A stretch of DNA of 62,714 nt from Thermoplasmata archaeon (GTDB lineage: Archaea; Thermoplasmatota; Thermoplasmata; Thermoplasmatales; ARK-15): assembly GCA_023261755.1 (NCBI GenBank), contig JAGDXS010000005.1, positions 1-62,714 of the forward strand, in the 5' to 3' direction. This document shows positions 1 to 10,207 of the stretch, in pieces. A program made the position numbers and the translations under genes. Positions within the stretch are counted from its first letter, which is position 1; every line of letters begins with the position of its first letter. The notes below the pieces were generated by a model. That model was given only the letters and a program-made list of their open reading frames with translations. It had not been told where the DNA came from and did no database searches.

Positions 1-181
1 CAAACTGTACAGAGGATCCTACAGTTGTGAGCTGTGTAGAAGGTGTAACTGAAACCAATGTAGGCGAAGTGGGTGTATTCTTTATTAATGTAGGTTTATA
101 TAGAATAACTGCAACCGCTGCTATGATAACTACTAACACTACAATTATTGTCAATATTGCGTATAAACTCTTTTTTTCCAA
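1..181 (-). CDS. N-terminal part of a membrane-anchored/secreted protein, possibly an ABC-transporter substrate-binding protein (runs off the window edge)
   Basis: Manual translation from TTG at 181 (GGTGA RBS at 187-191): MEKKSLYAILTIIVVLVVIIAAVAVILYKPTLIKNTPTSPTLVSVTPSTQLTTVGSSVQF; basic N-terminus, hydrophobic helix, Thr/Pro/Ser-rich linker. Not in the ORF track. Confidence 0.55.
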   Translation of the reverse strand, partial: MEKKSLYAILTIIVVLVVIIAAVAVILYKPTLIKNTPTSPTLVSVTPSTQLTTVGSSVQF

Positions 182-213
182 TGTAATCACCCAGTGGTTA
201 AATTAAGAAACAA

Positions 214-227
214 TATTTAACCTTTTT
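214..227 (-). promoter_or_regulatory. Probable archaeal BRE/TATA promoter of the 1..181 gene
   Basis: Minus strand reads AAAAAGG-TTAAATA about 33 nt upstream of the start codon. Confidence 0.45.
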
Positions 228-471
228 TATATTATATATAATAATAATATTTTCTAAAAAAATAATATTTTTTCTTTTTATTTTTTAATTTTCATCTAAA
301 AAATTTCAAATTTAATTAATCTTAAATTTTTAGATTAAAAAATTTTCAATCTTTTTTATTGTAATTTAAGAGGACTCTTTTAACCTAAGTATAAAAAGTA
401 AATCAAAAAAAAATTAATAGTTAATAAAAACTTTATAAAAAAGTTTATAAATAGGTTATTTAATTTAAATT

Positions 472-2295
472 GTGATGGAAAATTTAGATTTAAATAATAA
501 ATATGCAAACCTCGAATTGTTTCAAAAGGAGGCTATTGCATCAATAAGTTTAGATATTAAATTAAAAAATTTAAAATTTGTATTGAAAGGGAAAACAACT
601 TATTACGATTTTTTAACTGCTGAACACTTTTTTTCTATTTTTGAAAATGAACCTGGATATTCCAGATTAATTTTAGAAGGAAAGGATATAGGTTTAAAAT
701 TTAATAAAAAGGAGGATATTTACTGGGTTAGATTTTTTGGTGAGACCTTATTTAACGAGGAAATAAGGAAAATATTACAAAATAGAAATTTAAGAGAAAT
801 AGAAAAAGGTATGATTTTTCCTTTAATTTTAAACAAAAATGGTAGATTATTTTATCTCTTCCAATATTCCAATGATGTAATCGCAGATGCTTCAGCAGAT
901 TTAATATACATAATGAATGCTTATAATGAAACATATGGTCCAGGTACTTTTAAAATAGAGAAAATAAGTAATGCAGAAAGTTTTCTTAATTATTTTACTT
1001 ATGGAGATTTTGAACAAATATTTTATCAATTGAATTTAAATCTACCATACGAAGGACCAGATTTTGTAAGTATATTAAAACGATTATCTATGAAACCAGA
1101 GGAATATGAATTCTTAATAAAAATTAATAATGAATACAAAACAATGAAATTTCCAGAAGTTTTAAAACTTTCAAAAATAGATCCTGAAACCTATTTGAAT
1201 ATTATTTCTATTCTGCCAGAAAATTTTGTTTTCATGTCTTACTTTGACGGAATTTGTAAAAATAATATATGCACAATTAAATTAATTTTAGAGGAAAGAT
1301 TTATTCCTTTTTTGCTAAATGTTTTAAATAAATTAAAAAATGCTGGAATAGAATTTTCAATTGATAATTTAATTAAATTGAATTTAACTAAAATGCAAAA
1401 AGTGGATGTTAAAAATTTATTCAGTCCAGTTAATAAGGACTTTTTTAACAGAGAAATAACATACTCTAAAGATTTAAATTACTTTGGAGAAATAAAAGAT
1501 TTAATTGATAGTGCAATATGTTATAGTGATGATATTTCCTTTGATAAATTTTTAATAATAAACAAAGATGATCCAAATTTTGCAGAAATAAAGTACAAGG
1601 CTTTAAAAAATAACATTAAGATAAATGAAAATAAATTCTATTTATGGTTCAGTTTTCCAGAAACATCTAAAATTTATAAAGAAATAAAAGATGTAATGAA
1701 TGAGGGTAGGATGATTCAATCTATTGGTGTCTATCATTTTCCATTTTCAATCAGTTATAAGGGTCGTATGTACTATAAAATTCAATATGCAAGTGAAAGT
1801 GAATATGATGCAACTAGGCGTTTATTAAAAATTATTGATGCTCAATCAAAACTAATAGGGAAAGATGCTATTAAAATAGAAGAAATAGGCAATATAACGG
1901 ATCCAATTAGTTTTATTAATCAGTATGGTATAAAAGATAAAATAGTCTATCTAGAACTCGTTACTGATTACAATAAAAATATTAAAGGGTTAGTAAAAAA
2001 CAGCGGTACTGATATTAATCACATTCAAATATTGTACGATGAAGGAAATGGATTAAAACTTACTAATTTTTCAGATATACAAAAAAGAACCATAGGTGAT
2101 TTGACCAAGGAATTTTTTAAAAATTTGATAGATAACCTTAGCTTTTTCCTACATATAGATTTTAGATGTGAAAATGGAAAATGTTTATTTAATTTTCTTA
2201 TAGAGGAAAAAATGTTACCTGTTGTTTCATCGAGCCTTGCAGGTCTCATTGATTCTGGTACAAAGGTCAAAATTTCTAGGTTTATAATTTTTTAA
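472..2295 (+). CDS. Hypothetical protein built from two diverged ~300-aa repeats
   Basis: 607-aa ORF; FPLILNKNGRLFYLFQY matches FPFSISYKGRMYYKIQY and CKNNICTIKLILEERFIP matches CENGKCLFNFLIEEKMLP. Confidence 0.75.
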   Translation: MMENLDLNNKYANLELFQKEAIASISLDIKLKNLKFVLKGKTTYYDFLTAEHFFSIFENEPGYSRLILEGKDIGLKFNKKEDIYWVRFFGETLFNEEIRKILQNRNLREIEKGMIFPLILNKNGRLFYLFQYSNDVIADASADLIYIMNAYNETYGPGTFKIEKISNAESFLNYFTYGDFEQIFYQLNLNLPYEGPDFVSILKRLSMKPEEYEFLIKINNEYKTMKFPEVLKLSKIDPETYLNIISILPENFVFMSYFDGICKNNICTIKLILEERFIPFLLNVLNKLKNAGIEFSIDNLIKLNLTKMQKVDVKNLFSPVNKDFFNREITYSKDLNYFGEIKDLIDSAICYSDDISFDKFLIINKDDPNFAEIKYKALKNNIKINENKFYLWFSFPETSKIYKEIKDVMNEGRMIQSIGVYHFPFSISYKGRMYYKIQYASESEYDATRRLLKIIDAQSKLIGKDAIKIEEIGNITDPISFINQYGIKDKIVYLELVTDYNKNIKGLVKNSGTDINHIQILYDEGNGLKLTNFSDIQKRTIGDLTKEFFKNLIDNLSFFLHIDFRCENGKCLFNFLIEEKMLPVVSSSLAGLIDSGTKVKISRFIIF

Positions 2296-2324
2296 ATTAA
2301 GCCTGATCTTGGAATCAATAAAAA

Positions 2325-2369
2325 TATATAAAGTATATAAAGTAAATAAAATATATAATGTATATATAT
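2325..2369. repeat. Degenerate 9-bp tandem repeat (5 units)
   Basis: TATATAAAG TATATAAAG TAAATAAAA TATATAATG TATATATAT read directly. Confidence 0.55.
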
Positions 2370-2411
2370 TAAATAGGCAAGATATTTGTAAATTATTTTC
2401 TATTTAGAATT

Positions 2412-3817
2412 ATGAATCAGAAATTAGAAAGTAAATCTGCTATAAATAAAATAACTAAAAGATCCACATATACTGTGCTGTCCGCGATGGGATATTTTCT
2501 GGATGGGTATGACTTAAGCGTGATTTCAGTGTTTACATTTATTCTAGTAAATTACAAAATATACCCATACAACGTTTGGTTACTTGGTTGGGTAACAGGT
2601 TCTGCTCTTCTAGGAGCTATGGTTGGTGCAATACTATTCGGCCATTACTCAGACAAAATTGGAAGGAGATATCTTTACATATTCGATCTTCTATTTTCGT
2701 AATTTTTGCAATCCTGTCAGCATTATCAACTAATTTAATAGAAATGATAATATTCAGGTTTTTTGTCGGTTGGGGTGTAGGTGCAGATTATGCTTTAAGC
2801 CCAGTATATGCGTCGGAAATGTATCCGAATCTAGAGAGAGGTAAAGGATATGGATAGGTATACATATTCTGGAGTATTGGAGCAGCAATTGCATTCTTGC
2901 TAGGATATATATTTTATCTTGCAAATCCTATAACAGCGTGGAGATGGGCTTTAGGTCTTGGTGCTATTCCTGCAATTATTACATTATTGTTAAGAACAAG
3001 TATGCCTGAATCTTCAAGATGGAATCTAATTAGAAAAGGTGAAATTGCAATAGAAGAGGTAGAAATTGCTAAAATTCAGACAGGAATTACAAAAGAGGAT
3101 GTTGATAACTTAATCAAAGAAAAAAGAAATTATGAAAAAGTAAATGCAGGTTCAATTTTAGCCCTTTTCAAAGGAGAATGGAAAAAAAGGACCATGATAG
3201 TTTGGATTCAGTGGATAATATACGATATTGCATCATATGGCTTTGGTCTATATTCTCCAATAATAATCAGCTTGTTAGGCATAAAAGGATCATTGGCAAT
3301 ACTCTTTTCATCGCTGTTGTATATACCGGGTACGTTTGGAACTCTTGGAGCAGCATATCTAAATGATATTCTTGGAAGAAGAATATTGCAGTTGATAGGT
3401 TTTGGATTTATGGCAATAGGAATGGTTTTCGTGGCATTGGGTGCTCTAATTGGAGGCATAATAGCCATTGGATTGGGTATAACAGGTCTCATTTTGTGGT
3501 ATGGCATCGGTAACCTCGGCCCTGGAAATACGATGGGCCTATATGCTATAGAACTGTTTCCAACAAAATTAAGATCTACTTCTATGGGCTCTGCAACTGC
3601 AATTACTAGATTCGTTTCATTTTTGAGTGCTTTTGAATTTCCTATAATAGTTGAATCATTTGGTAAATTGCCATTTTTTGAAATACTTGTCATTTTCATG
3701 GTCATGGCATTCATATTTACATTGCTCTTTACACCTGAAACAAAAGGCCTTTCCTTGGAACAAATTTCAGAATATAAGTACCATAAAAGAAAACTTATTC
3801 CAGCAAATAATAAATAA
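2412..3817 (+). pseudogene. Disrupted MFS sugar-porter-family transporter (frameshift plus in-frame TAG)
   Basis: MFS motifs FLDGYD, DKIGRR, PESSRW, ELFPTKLRS and PETKG are spread over three ORFs; a T is missing at 2694-2697 (DLLF/FVIFA) and there is a TAG at 2855-2857 (GYG*VYIFWS). Confidence 0.85.
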
Positions 3818-3889
3818 ATTTTTTTCTTTTTTTATTTATTTGAAAATTAAACGCAAATAAATAAATAATTTGAATCATTTTCTTAACCT

Positions 3890-4480
3890 ATGGATTTTCT
3901 GATACTTGAAAATAATACAATTTCGGAGGGAGAGAAACTCATAGGAACTATAAATATAGAGAAAAAATCCATAAATATTCAGGGATCTGTTAATATTTCC
4001 ATAAAAAAAGAGAGAGGCTACTATTCAATTTTGGAAGATAATTTACCTCTTGGTCGAGTGGAAAGGGATCTTAAAATTATATACCAGGGAAAGGAATATG
4101 AACCACAAAGAAAAGATTTATACAATTTTATTTCAGGAAAAACTAATAAAATAGATATTTATTCTTTTGGGAGCATTTCAGGTACGATTGAAAGAGAAAA
4201 TCATAAACTTGTGGTTAAAAGTGATAATGCAATTGAAAAAACACCATTCATTATTTATCTGGCAATTTTTTCAAGGTACAAAATTCCTGTGAGAAGATCT
4301 CAGGCATTGAAATCACCTTACAGAGAAATTTATTACGGTTTGCTCGCACTATTTTTCATAGTTTTTATTTTGATGAATATTTTTTATCAGGACGAAGGCT
4401 TATATTCTCTGTTTGCTCTTTCTATCATAATTGCAGAATTTGCCGTATACATAATTGGAAGGAGGAAGATGAGTCAATGA
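3890..4480 (+). CDS. Hypothetical protein with two C-terminal TM helices
   Basis: 196-aa ORF; beta-rich soluble N-terminal part and a hydrophobic C-terminal hairpin. Confidence 0.65.
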   Translation: MDFLILENNTISEGEKLIGTINIEKKSINIQGSVNISIKKERGYYSILEDNLPLGRVERDLKIIYQGKEYEPQRKDLYNFISGKTNKIDIYSFGSISGTIERENHKLVVKSDNAIEKTPFIIYLAIFSRYKIPVRRSQALKSPYREIYYGLLALFFIVFILMNIFYQDEGLYSLFALSIIIAEFAVYIIGRRKMSQ

Positions 4481-4514
4481 TAAAATATAAATATTATTAC
4501 TCATTTGAGTAATT

Positions 4515-5723
4515 ATGACCCAGTATCCCACTAAAATAATTGCAATTTCTTTCATTTTTCTAGCGATAGCCTTTGTAATAAGAATAACTGGCTATTTATT
4601 TGGAAATAATGTAGCTCTTGGCATGGAAGCTGTTCATTTAATTGTAGATGTAGCTATAACATTTTTTATATTATTAACTTTAAAAATAATTTCAAGTAAT
4701 TATACAAAAAAATTTTCATATGGATTATTCAAGTTGGAGGATTTAATTTCTCTAGCTTTAGCAATCCTTGTTGCTTATACTGGAATAGAACTTTTCCTTT
4801 CAGGTTATTTATCAGAATCAAAAGCAAGTATTGAATCTGGAATATTCCAAGCTATTTCAATAATTCCACTATTTTTTGCTGGTAAACTAAAAATCATTGC
4901 CGGAAAAAGAATCAAATCACCTTCTCTGGAGGCAGATGGAAAACATACTTATACAGATTTTATAGAAGGAGCTGGTGTTTCTGCAGGATTAATTTTAACA
5001 GGTATATTCAATAATTATCTTTTTTTCATAGCTTCCATTTTAATTGCTTTTATTGCTCTATTGATCACTGCTTATTCAATTGGTAAAGAATCTATTTTAA
5101 GTTTGCTTGATCTTCCTAAGGATAAAAATATAAGTCAAAAAATAAGAGAATTGGGAAAAAATATAAAGGGAATAAAAGATATAAAAGAGATAAGAATAAG
5201 ATGGGCAGGACCAGTTATTTTTGTTGAGGCAATAATAGAAATGGACCCATTTTTGTCCATAGATGAGGCACATCCAATTACTGAAATATTTGAAAATGAA
5301 ATAAAAAATAATATTGAGGGTGTTTACTCAGTAACTGTACATGTTGAACCTGTTAGAAGAAAAAATTTTAAATTATTGATTCCATCAAAAAATAATAGCA
5401 TAACTTCAAATTTAGATGATAGGTTGGCAAAGTCCAATTATTTTGCTATAGTTGAAATAGATGATGAAATAAAATACAATTTTATTGAAAATCCGTTTAA
5501 AGAAAAAAGTGAATTGGCAGGACTTGAATTTAAACAATTCTTAATTAATTATGGAATAACGGATATCATTTGCAAAAATGTTGGGGAGATTACATTTGGC
5601 TTGATGCTTGCATATGGCATTTATTGTTGGCAATCAAATGAAGATACTATAAAAAATATAGTAAATAAGTTTTTAACAGGTAAAGTTGAGAGATTAAGAG
5701 AACCAACAAAACAGTCAAAATGA
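4515..5723 (+). CDS. Cation diffusion facilitator (CDF) transporter fused to a NifB/NifX-like domain
   Basis: About six TM helices with HLIVD and ADGKHTYTD metal sites, dimerisation domain VTVHVEP, C-terminal RLAKSNYFAIV...IENPF...IICKNVG. Confidence 0.85.
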   Translation: MTQYPTKIIAISFIFLAIAFVIRITGYLFGNNVALGMEAVHLIVDVAITFFILLTLKIISSNYTKKFSYGLFKLEDLISLALAILVAYTGIELFLSGYLSESKASIESGIFQAISIIPLFFAGKLKIIAGKRIKSPSLEADGKHTYTDFIEGAGVSAGLILTGIFNNYLFFIASILIAFIALLITAYSIGKESILSLLDLPKDKNISQKIRELGKNIKGIKDIKEIRIRWAGPVIFVEAIIEMDPFLSIDEAHPITEIFENEIKNNIEGVYSVTVHVEPVRRKNFKLLIPSKNNSITSNLDDRLAKSNYFAIVEIDDEIKYNFIENPFKEKSELAGLEFKQFLINYGITDIICKNVGEITFGLMLAYGIYCWQSNEDTIKNIVNKFLTGKVERLREPTKQSK

Positions 5724-8336
5724 TAGTGCCTTTTCAAATGCCTTTTCAGCGCCTTTAAGATTCAATGACTTTAATTGTTTTATTCCCTCTTCGAGAATAG
5801 TCCTGTCATTGAAATTTTTATTTAGATATAAGCCAAAAATTATCTTTAATCTACTGGACAGGAATTTTAGATCCTGATCATCTATGTTTTTAATATTTTC
5901 CTTAAATATTTCTAAACCATTTTTATCTTTTTTTTCTATCATTATTATTCCCTTGATTATATTGTTTCTCCACTTTACAAATTTAACATTCTCTATAAAT
6001 TCTATTTTATCAACTATTTCCACCAATTCCAAAAATCTATCGTCCAGGCCATTTTCAAAATATTTTTTATATCCCAATAATTCAATATAATCAATTATGT
6101 CCAGAAGATCTTCTGTGGTTGGATCTTTTATTTTATCTTTAATATATTCAAAACTTTCAATTGTTTTGTTTATATCACCTGAATATAAGTAATACATTGC
6201 CAGAGAAGCATTAGCATAATCTATATAGAATTTTATTTCAGAATTTTTTATTTTTTCTATATCTTGAATATAATTATCATCAATGCCCCTTATTTTATTT
6301 AATAATTTTTTAAAAATTTCCATTAAAATCTTTTCATTTTGTTTTCCTAGTTTTGTTGATAAATCGAGCCCAATGTTAACTAATTTTTCAGCTTCTTCTA
6401 TATTTCCCATTTTTACCAATGGATCTAAAATATTTAAAATTGAATTTAATGCTGTTGCAAAACTTTTATTGATTATCGAAATACCTAGCGCTCTTTTAAA
6501 CAAATCAACAGCCTCTTTTACATTTCCTTCATATTCACTTATTATAGCAAGGTTAATGGAAAGTGTTGGCAAAAATGATGGAAACCAGAATTTTTCAGAT
6601 ATTTCCTTTGCCTTCAAATAATAGAATTTTCCCTCCTTTAAATTTATTTCAGCAGAAACGTTACCTATGTTATTATAGGTTGATGCAAGATCATAATAAT
6701 TTCCTATGCTTTCGCATATTGTCTTAGACCTTTCATAATAGTATAAAGCCTTAGGAAAATTCCTTTTATCATATTCGATATTACCTAACAATCTAAATGC
6801 TTTTTCTTCTATATTATAATCACCCACTTCCCTAGCTATTTCTATTGCCTCATATAAGATCCTTTCACTTTCTTCTAGTTTTTCAACATAGTAATAATAC
6901 CTGCCCAAACCAAATTTTGCCATGGCCTTATGGTTTTCATTTTTAGCCTTTTTTAAAGCAAGATCATATCTAATTTTTGATTCTTCGTATTCGCTCAATT
7001 TAAATAATGAATCTGCCTGATTTAATATAGCATCCACATTTTCAGGATCTTTTTCCAGTATCTTCTTCGAGAGATTTAATATTCCTTCATAATCATCCTG
7101 AAGTCTTAAAATGTCAAATAAATAACGATTTATTTCATCGTCTTCAATTTTTATTGAGGTTGCAAGATTTAAAGCATTTTGTGCATTATAAAAATCTCCT
7201 GCCTGATAAAATATTTTGCCAACTTTTGATAGATTTTCATACGCTTTTTCTAAAATGTTTGCATAATAGTACTGGATTCCAGATCTGTATAGATCCCCCT
7301 TTTGTTCTAAATATTTTGCTATTTTTATCCTTGCATCCCTGATTCTCAAGTTTGAAAATGATTTTTCCACATAGATTTTCAAATTTTTATCTCTGATTTC
7401 TAGAAAATCTCCATCTTCCTTTACTATCTTTTTTCTAATCATTGCATCTACAGCATTTATAAAATTTTCCTCATTCAAATTTACTAAATCCATCAATTTC
7501 ATTGCCTCAATTTTTTCATTCAACAAAGATAAATAAATTAATACAATAATCTCATCTGGTGATAATTTCTCCAAAATTTTTTCTTCTGATTTTTCACTTA
7601 TTAATTCACTTATTTCATTTATTGTTTTTTCTGTTAAAGGCTTGATGAAAGTTTTTTCAATGATATAGTTCTGATCTTCAAGAATTTTGATGAAATTAAA
7701 GATATTTTTTATGCTTCCATTGGATCTTTCATAAATTATTGAAATTATTTTTTCTGGTATTTTATAATTCAATTCTTCAAATATTTTTTCAATGTTTTTT
7801 AAAGAATAAGGAGATAGGCCTATTTCTAAAGCACCCATACTTTTTAGAATATTAATCATATTTTCGAGTTCAGCATTAATTTTATCTTTTCTATATATTG
7901 CAATCATTCTTGCTTTGACATCCTCTTTTAAAAATTTGGAAGAAACATGGAAAAAAAGTGCTAGAAAATCCTTATCCATATTCTCTAAATCATCAATTAC
8001 GAAATAGAAATTTTCCTTATTTTTCAATTCATCAATTCTTGTCATTATTAAATAAATTAATAACTCATAAGTTTTTCTTGACTCTGATGGCGAAATTGCA
8101 CTAGTTAATGTAACGTATTTTTTAGCTGTATCACTTATGTCAAGGAGATCTAAAAGTTTCTGATAATTATCTTCTCCATTTTCATATTTAAAATATTTTA
8201 CAGTTGAATTTTTCTTTGATAATAAATTTTTTATAGTATGCGTTTTACCAATCCCTTCTGGACCATAAAAAATCAAAACTTTGGAATTTCTATTTGAAAT
8301 AATTTCTGAAATATTTTCTTTTAATTCAACATTCAT
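5715..8336 (-). CDS. STAND-like P-loop NTPase with a C-terminal TPR array
   Basis: Walker A GPEGIGKT, Walker B FVIDDLE, TPR-like repeats (AKFGLGRYYY, AFRLLGNIEY, TYNNIGNV). Confidence 0.8.
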   Translation of the reverse strand: MNVELKENISEIISNRNSKVLIFYGPEGIGKTHTIKNLLSKKNSTVKYFKYENGEDNYQKLLDLLDISDTAKKYVTLTSAISPSESRKTYELLIYLIMTRIDELKNKENFYFVIDDLENMDKDFLALFFHVSSKFLKEDVKARMIAIYRKDKINAELENMINILKSMGALEIGLSPYSLKNIEKIFEELNYKIPEKIISIIYERSNGSIKNIFNFIKILEDQNYIIEKTFIKPLTEKTINEISELISEKSEEKILEKLSPDEIIVLIYLSLLNEKIEAMKLMDLVNLNEENFINAVDAMIRKKIVKEDGDFLEIRDKNLKIYVEKSFSNLRIRDARIKIAKYLEQKGDLYRSGIQYYYANILEKAYENLSKVGKIFYQAGDFYNAQNALNLATSIKIEDDEINRYLFDILRLQDDYEGILNLSKKILEKDPENVDAILNQADSLFKLSEYEESKIRYDLALKKAKNENHKAMAKFGLGRYYYYVEKLEESERILYEAIEIAREVGDYNIEEKAFRLLGNIEYDKRNFPKALYYYERSKTICESIGNYYDLASTYNNIGNVSAEINLKEGKFYYLKAKEISEKFWFPSFLPTLSINLAIISEYEGNVKEAVDLFKRALGISIINKSFATALNSILNILDPLVKMGNIEEAEKLVNIGLDLSTKLGKQNEKILMEIFKKLLNKIRGIDDNYIQDIEKIKNSEIKFYIDYANASLAMYYLYSGDINKTIESFEYIKDKIKDPTTEDLLDIIDYIELLGYKKYFENGLDDRFLELVEIVDKIEFIENVKFVKWRNNIIKGIIMIEKKDKNGLEIFKENIKNIDDQDLKFLSSRLKIIFGLYLNKNFNDRTILEEGIKQLKSLNLKGAEKAFEKALSF

Positions 8337-8465
8337 TAATTTTTGGTATACATGGAAATTATTAAATTTTTTTATTGTTTTTATTGGAAATTTTTTAAAA
8401 GAGCAAAAAATCTGTTTTTAAGAATATTGAATAAAATTTATTTATATTGTAGAGTATTTAGGTTT

Positions 8466-9563
8466 ATGATACTGATAAAGAATGGAATATTGATAGATTC
8501 AGAAATAAAAGGTGAAAATGATATTTTAATAAGTGATAAAATTGAGGAAATTTCTGATGACATAGATACAAAATATGCAAAAGTTATTGATGCAGAAAAC
8601 ATGTTTATAACACCCGGTTTCATAGACTTGCATAATCATGTAAATGGTGCTGGCGGTGAGGGAGGCCCAGAAACAAGATCTATTCCAATACATGCTGATT
8701 CGCTCATGAAAAATGGTATAACTACTGTTGTAGGTTTATTGGGTACAGACGGATACACAAGATCTTTAATTGATTTATTAATGCATGTAAGAAAATTGCA
8801 GAACCAGGGAATAAGCGCCTATATGCTCACAGGATCTTATCAAGTTCCAGGACCGAGTATTACTGGAAGAGTTGCAAATGATATTATATTAATTAATGAA
8901 GTAGTCGGAGTTAAAATATCCCTATCCGACCATAGATCATCTTATCCTGAAAGGAGGGATTTAATTACATTGGCATCAGAGGCCAGGGTTGCAGGTATGC
9001 TATCTTCAAAACCTGGATTTATTATGGTGCATATGGGTGATGGAAAGGATATGTTCAATCCAATTCTAGATGTGGTAAACAACACAGAAATTCCTATTAC
9101 ACAGTTTATTCCTACACATATAGATAGAAATGAATCACTCTTAGATTCAGCAATTGAATTTGGAAAAAAGAATGGTTATCTTGATATTACAGGCCATGCT
9201 GAAGGAAAATATCCAAGAACAATAAGCTCAATAAAATATTTAATTTCACATGGAGTTAGTATAGATAATATTACTGTTACAACAGATGGAAATGGGTCAA
9301 TGCCAATGTTTGATGAAAATGGAAATTTATTAAAGATTGAAATAAGTGATTCTTCATCATTAATCAAATTATTTAAATATGTGATGGAAAATGATGAGGA
9401 TTTTGTCCAGAGTTATCTAAAAACTGTAACATTAAATCCAGCTAAAAGATTAAAATTGAAAAAAGGAAAAATTGAAAAGGGATATGATTCTGATCTTTTA
9501 ATATTTGATCAGGAACTTAATTTGATTTATGTTGTTTCAAAAGGAAACGTTTACAAAATATGA
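8466..9563 (+). CDS. iadA: Isoaspartyl dipeptidase (beta-aspartyl peptidase, amidohydrolase family)
   Basis: PGFIDLHNH..GGEGG, GLLGTDG, GVKISLSDHRSS, PTHIDRN, TDGNGSMP; start placed at MILIKNG (8466). Confidence 0.88.
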   Translation: MILIKNGILIDSEIKGENDILISDKIEEISDDIDTKYAKVIDAENMFITPGFIDLHNHVNGAGGEGGPETRSIPIHADSLMKNGITTVVGLLGTDGYTRSLIDLLMHVRKLQNQGISAYMLTGSYQVPGPSITGRVANDIILINEVVGVKISLSDHRSSYPERRDLITLASEARVAGMLSSKPGFIMVHMGDGKDMFNPILDVVNNTEIPITQFIPTHIDRNESLLDSAIEFGKKNGYLDITGHAEGKYPRTISSIKYLISHGVSIDNITVTTDGNGSMPMFDENGNLLKIEISDSSSLIKLFKYVMENDEDFVQSYLKTVTLNPAKRLKLKKGKIEKGYDSDLLIFDQELNLIYVVSKGNVYKI

Positions 9564-10207
9564 AACCCTTTGTAATAATCAATTTTGCAATGAGCTTAGA
9601 TGGTAAGATTGCCCTAGGTACAGGTGAACAGACGAAGTTATCAAATGAAGAAGATTTTAAGCGTGTCCATGAACTTAGGAATTCTGTAGATGGTATTTTA
9701 GTTGGAATAGGGACCGTTTTATCAGATAATCCATCATTGACTATAAAAGAAAAATATGTTAAAAATCCAAGGAACCCTGTAAGAATTGTTTTAGATTCAA
9801 AATTAAGGATTCCTGAAAATGCAAAGGTATTGGATGGAAGATCAAAGACAATTATTTATTCTACAGTAAACAATAAAAAGATACCGAATGCAGAAATAAG
9901 AGTTTGTGGTCAGGATAGAATAAATTTAAAATGTATGCTAGATGACCTTTATTCCATGGGCATAAAAAAATTAATGGTAGAAGGAGGATCAAGGATAATA
10001 GGATCCTTTATTAAAGAAAGTTTAGCAGATAAAATAATAATATTTGTTTCCCCTTATTTTATGGGACCTGATGCACCAAATGCGGCTTATTTTGAAACTG
10101 CAAAAAAATTGGAAGAAATGATAAAAATGAAAATAATATCTATTAGCAGGCTAGGAGATGGAATTTTATTAGAGCTAGAGCCAGATGCTATTACATATAA
10201 CCAATGA
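9560..10207 (+). CDS. arfC: 2,5-diamino-6-ribosylamino-4(3H)-pyrimidinone 5'-phosphate reductase (RibD C-terminal type)
   Basis: AMSLDGKIA, GIGTVLSDNPSL, LMVEGG motifs. Confidence 0.85.
   Translation: MKPFVIINFAMSLDGKIALGTGEQTKLSNEEDFKRVHELRNSVDGILVGIGTVLSDNPSLTIKEKYVKNPRNPVRIVLDSKLRIPENAKVLDGRSKTIIYSTVNNKKIPNAEIRVCGQDRINLKCMLDDLYSMGIKKLMVEGGSRIIGSFIKESLADKIIIFVSPYFMGPDAPNAAYFETAKKLEEMIKMKIISISRLGDGILLELEPDAITYNQ

Noticed and set aside
2855-2857. In-frame TAG as pyrrolysine or other recoding
   Set aside because: The same gene also has a frameshift, TAG is one change from TGG, no pyl genes are in the window, and TAG is an ordinary stop for sucD, ubiX, radA, DUF763 and others.
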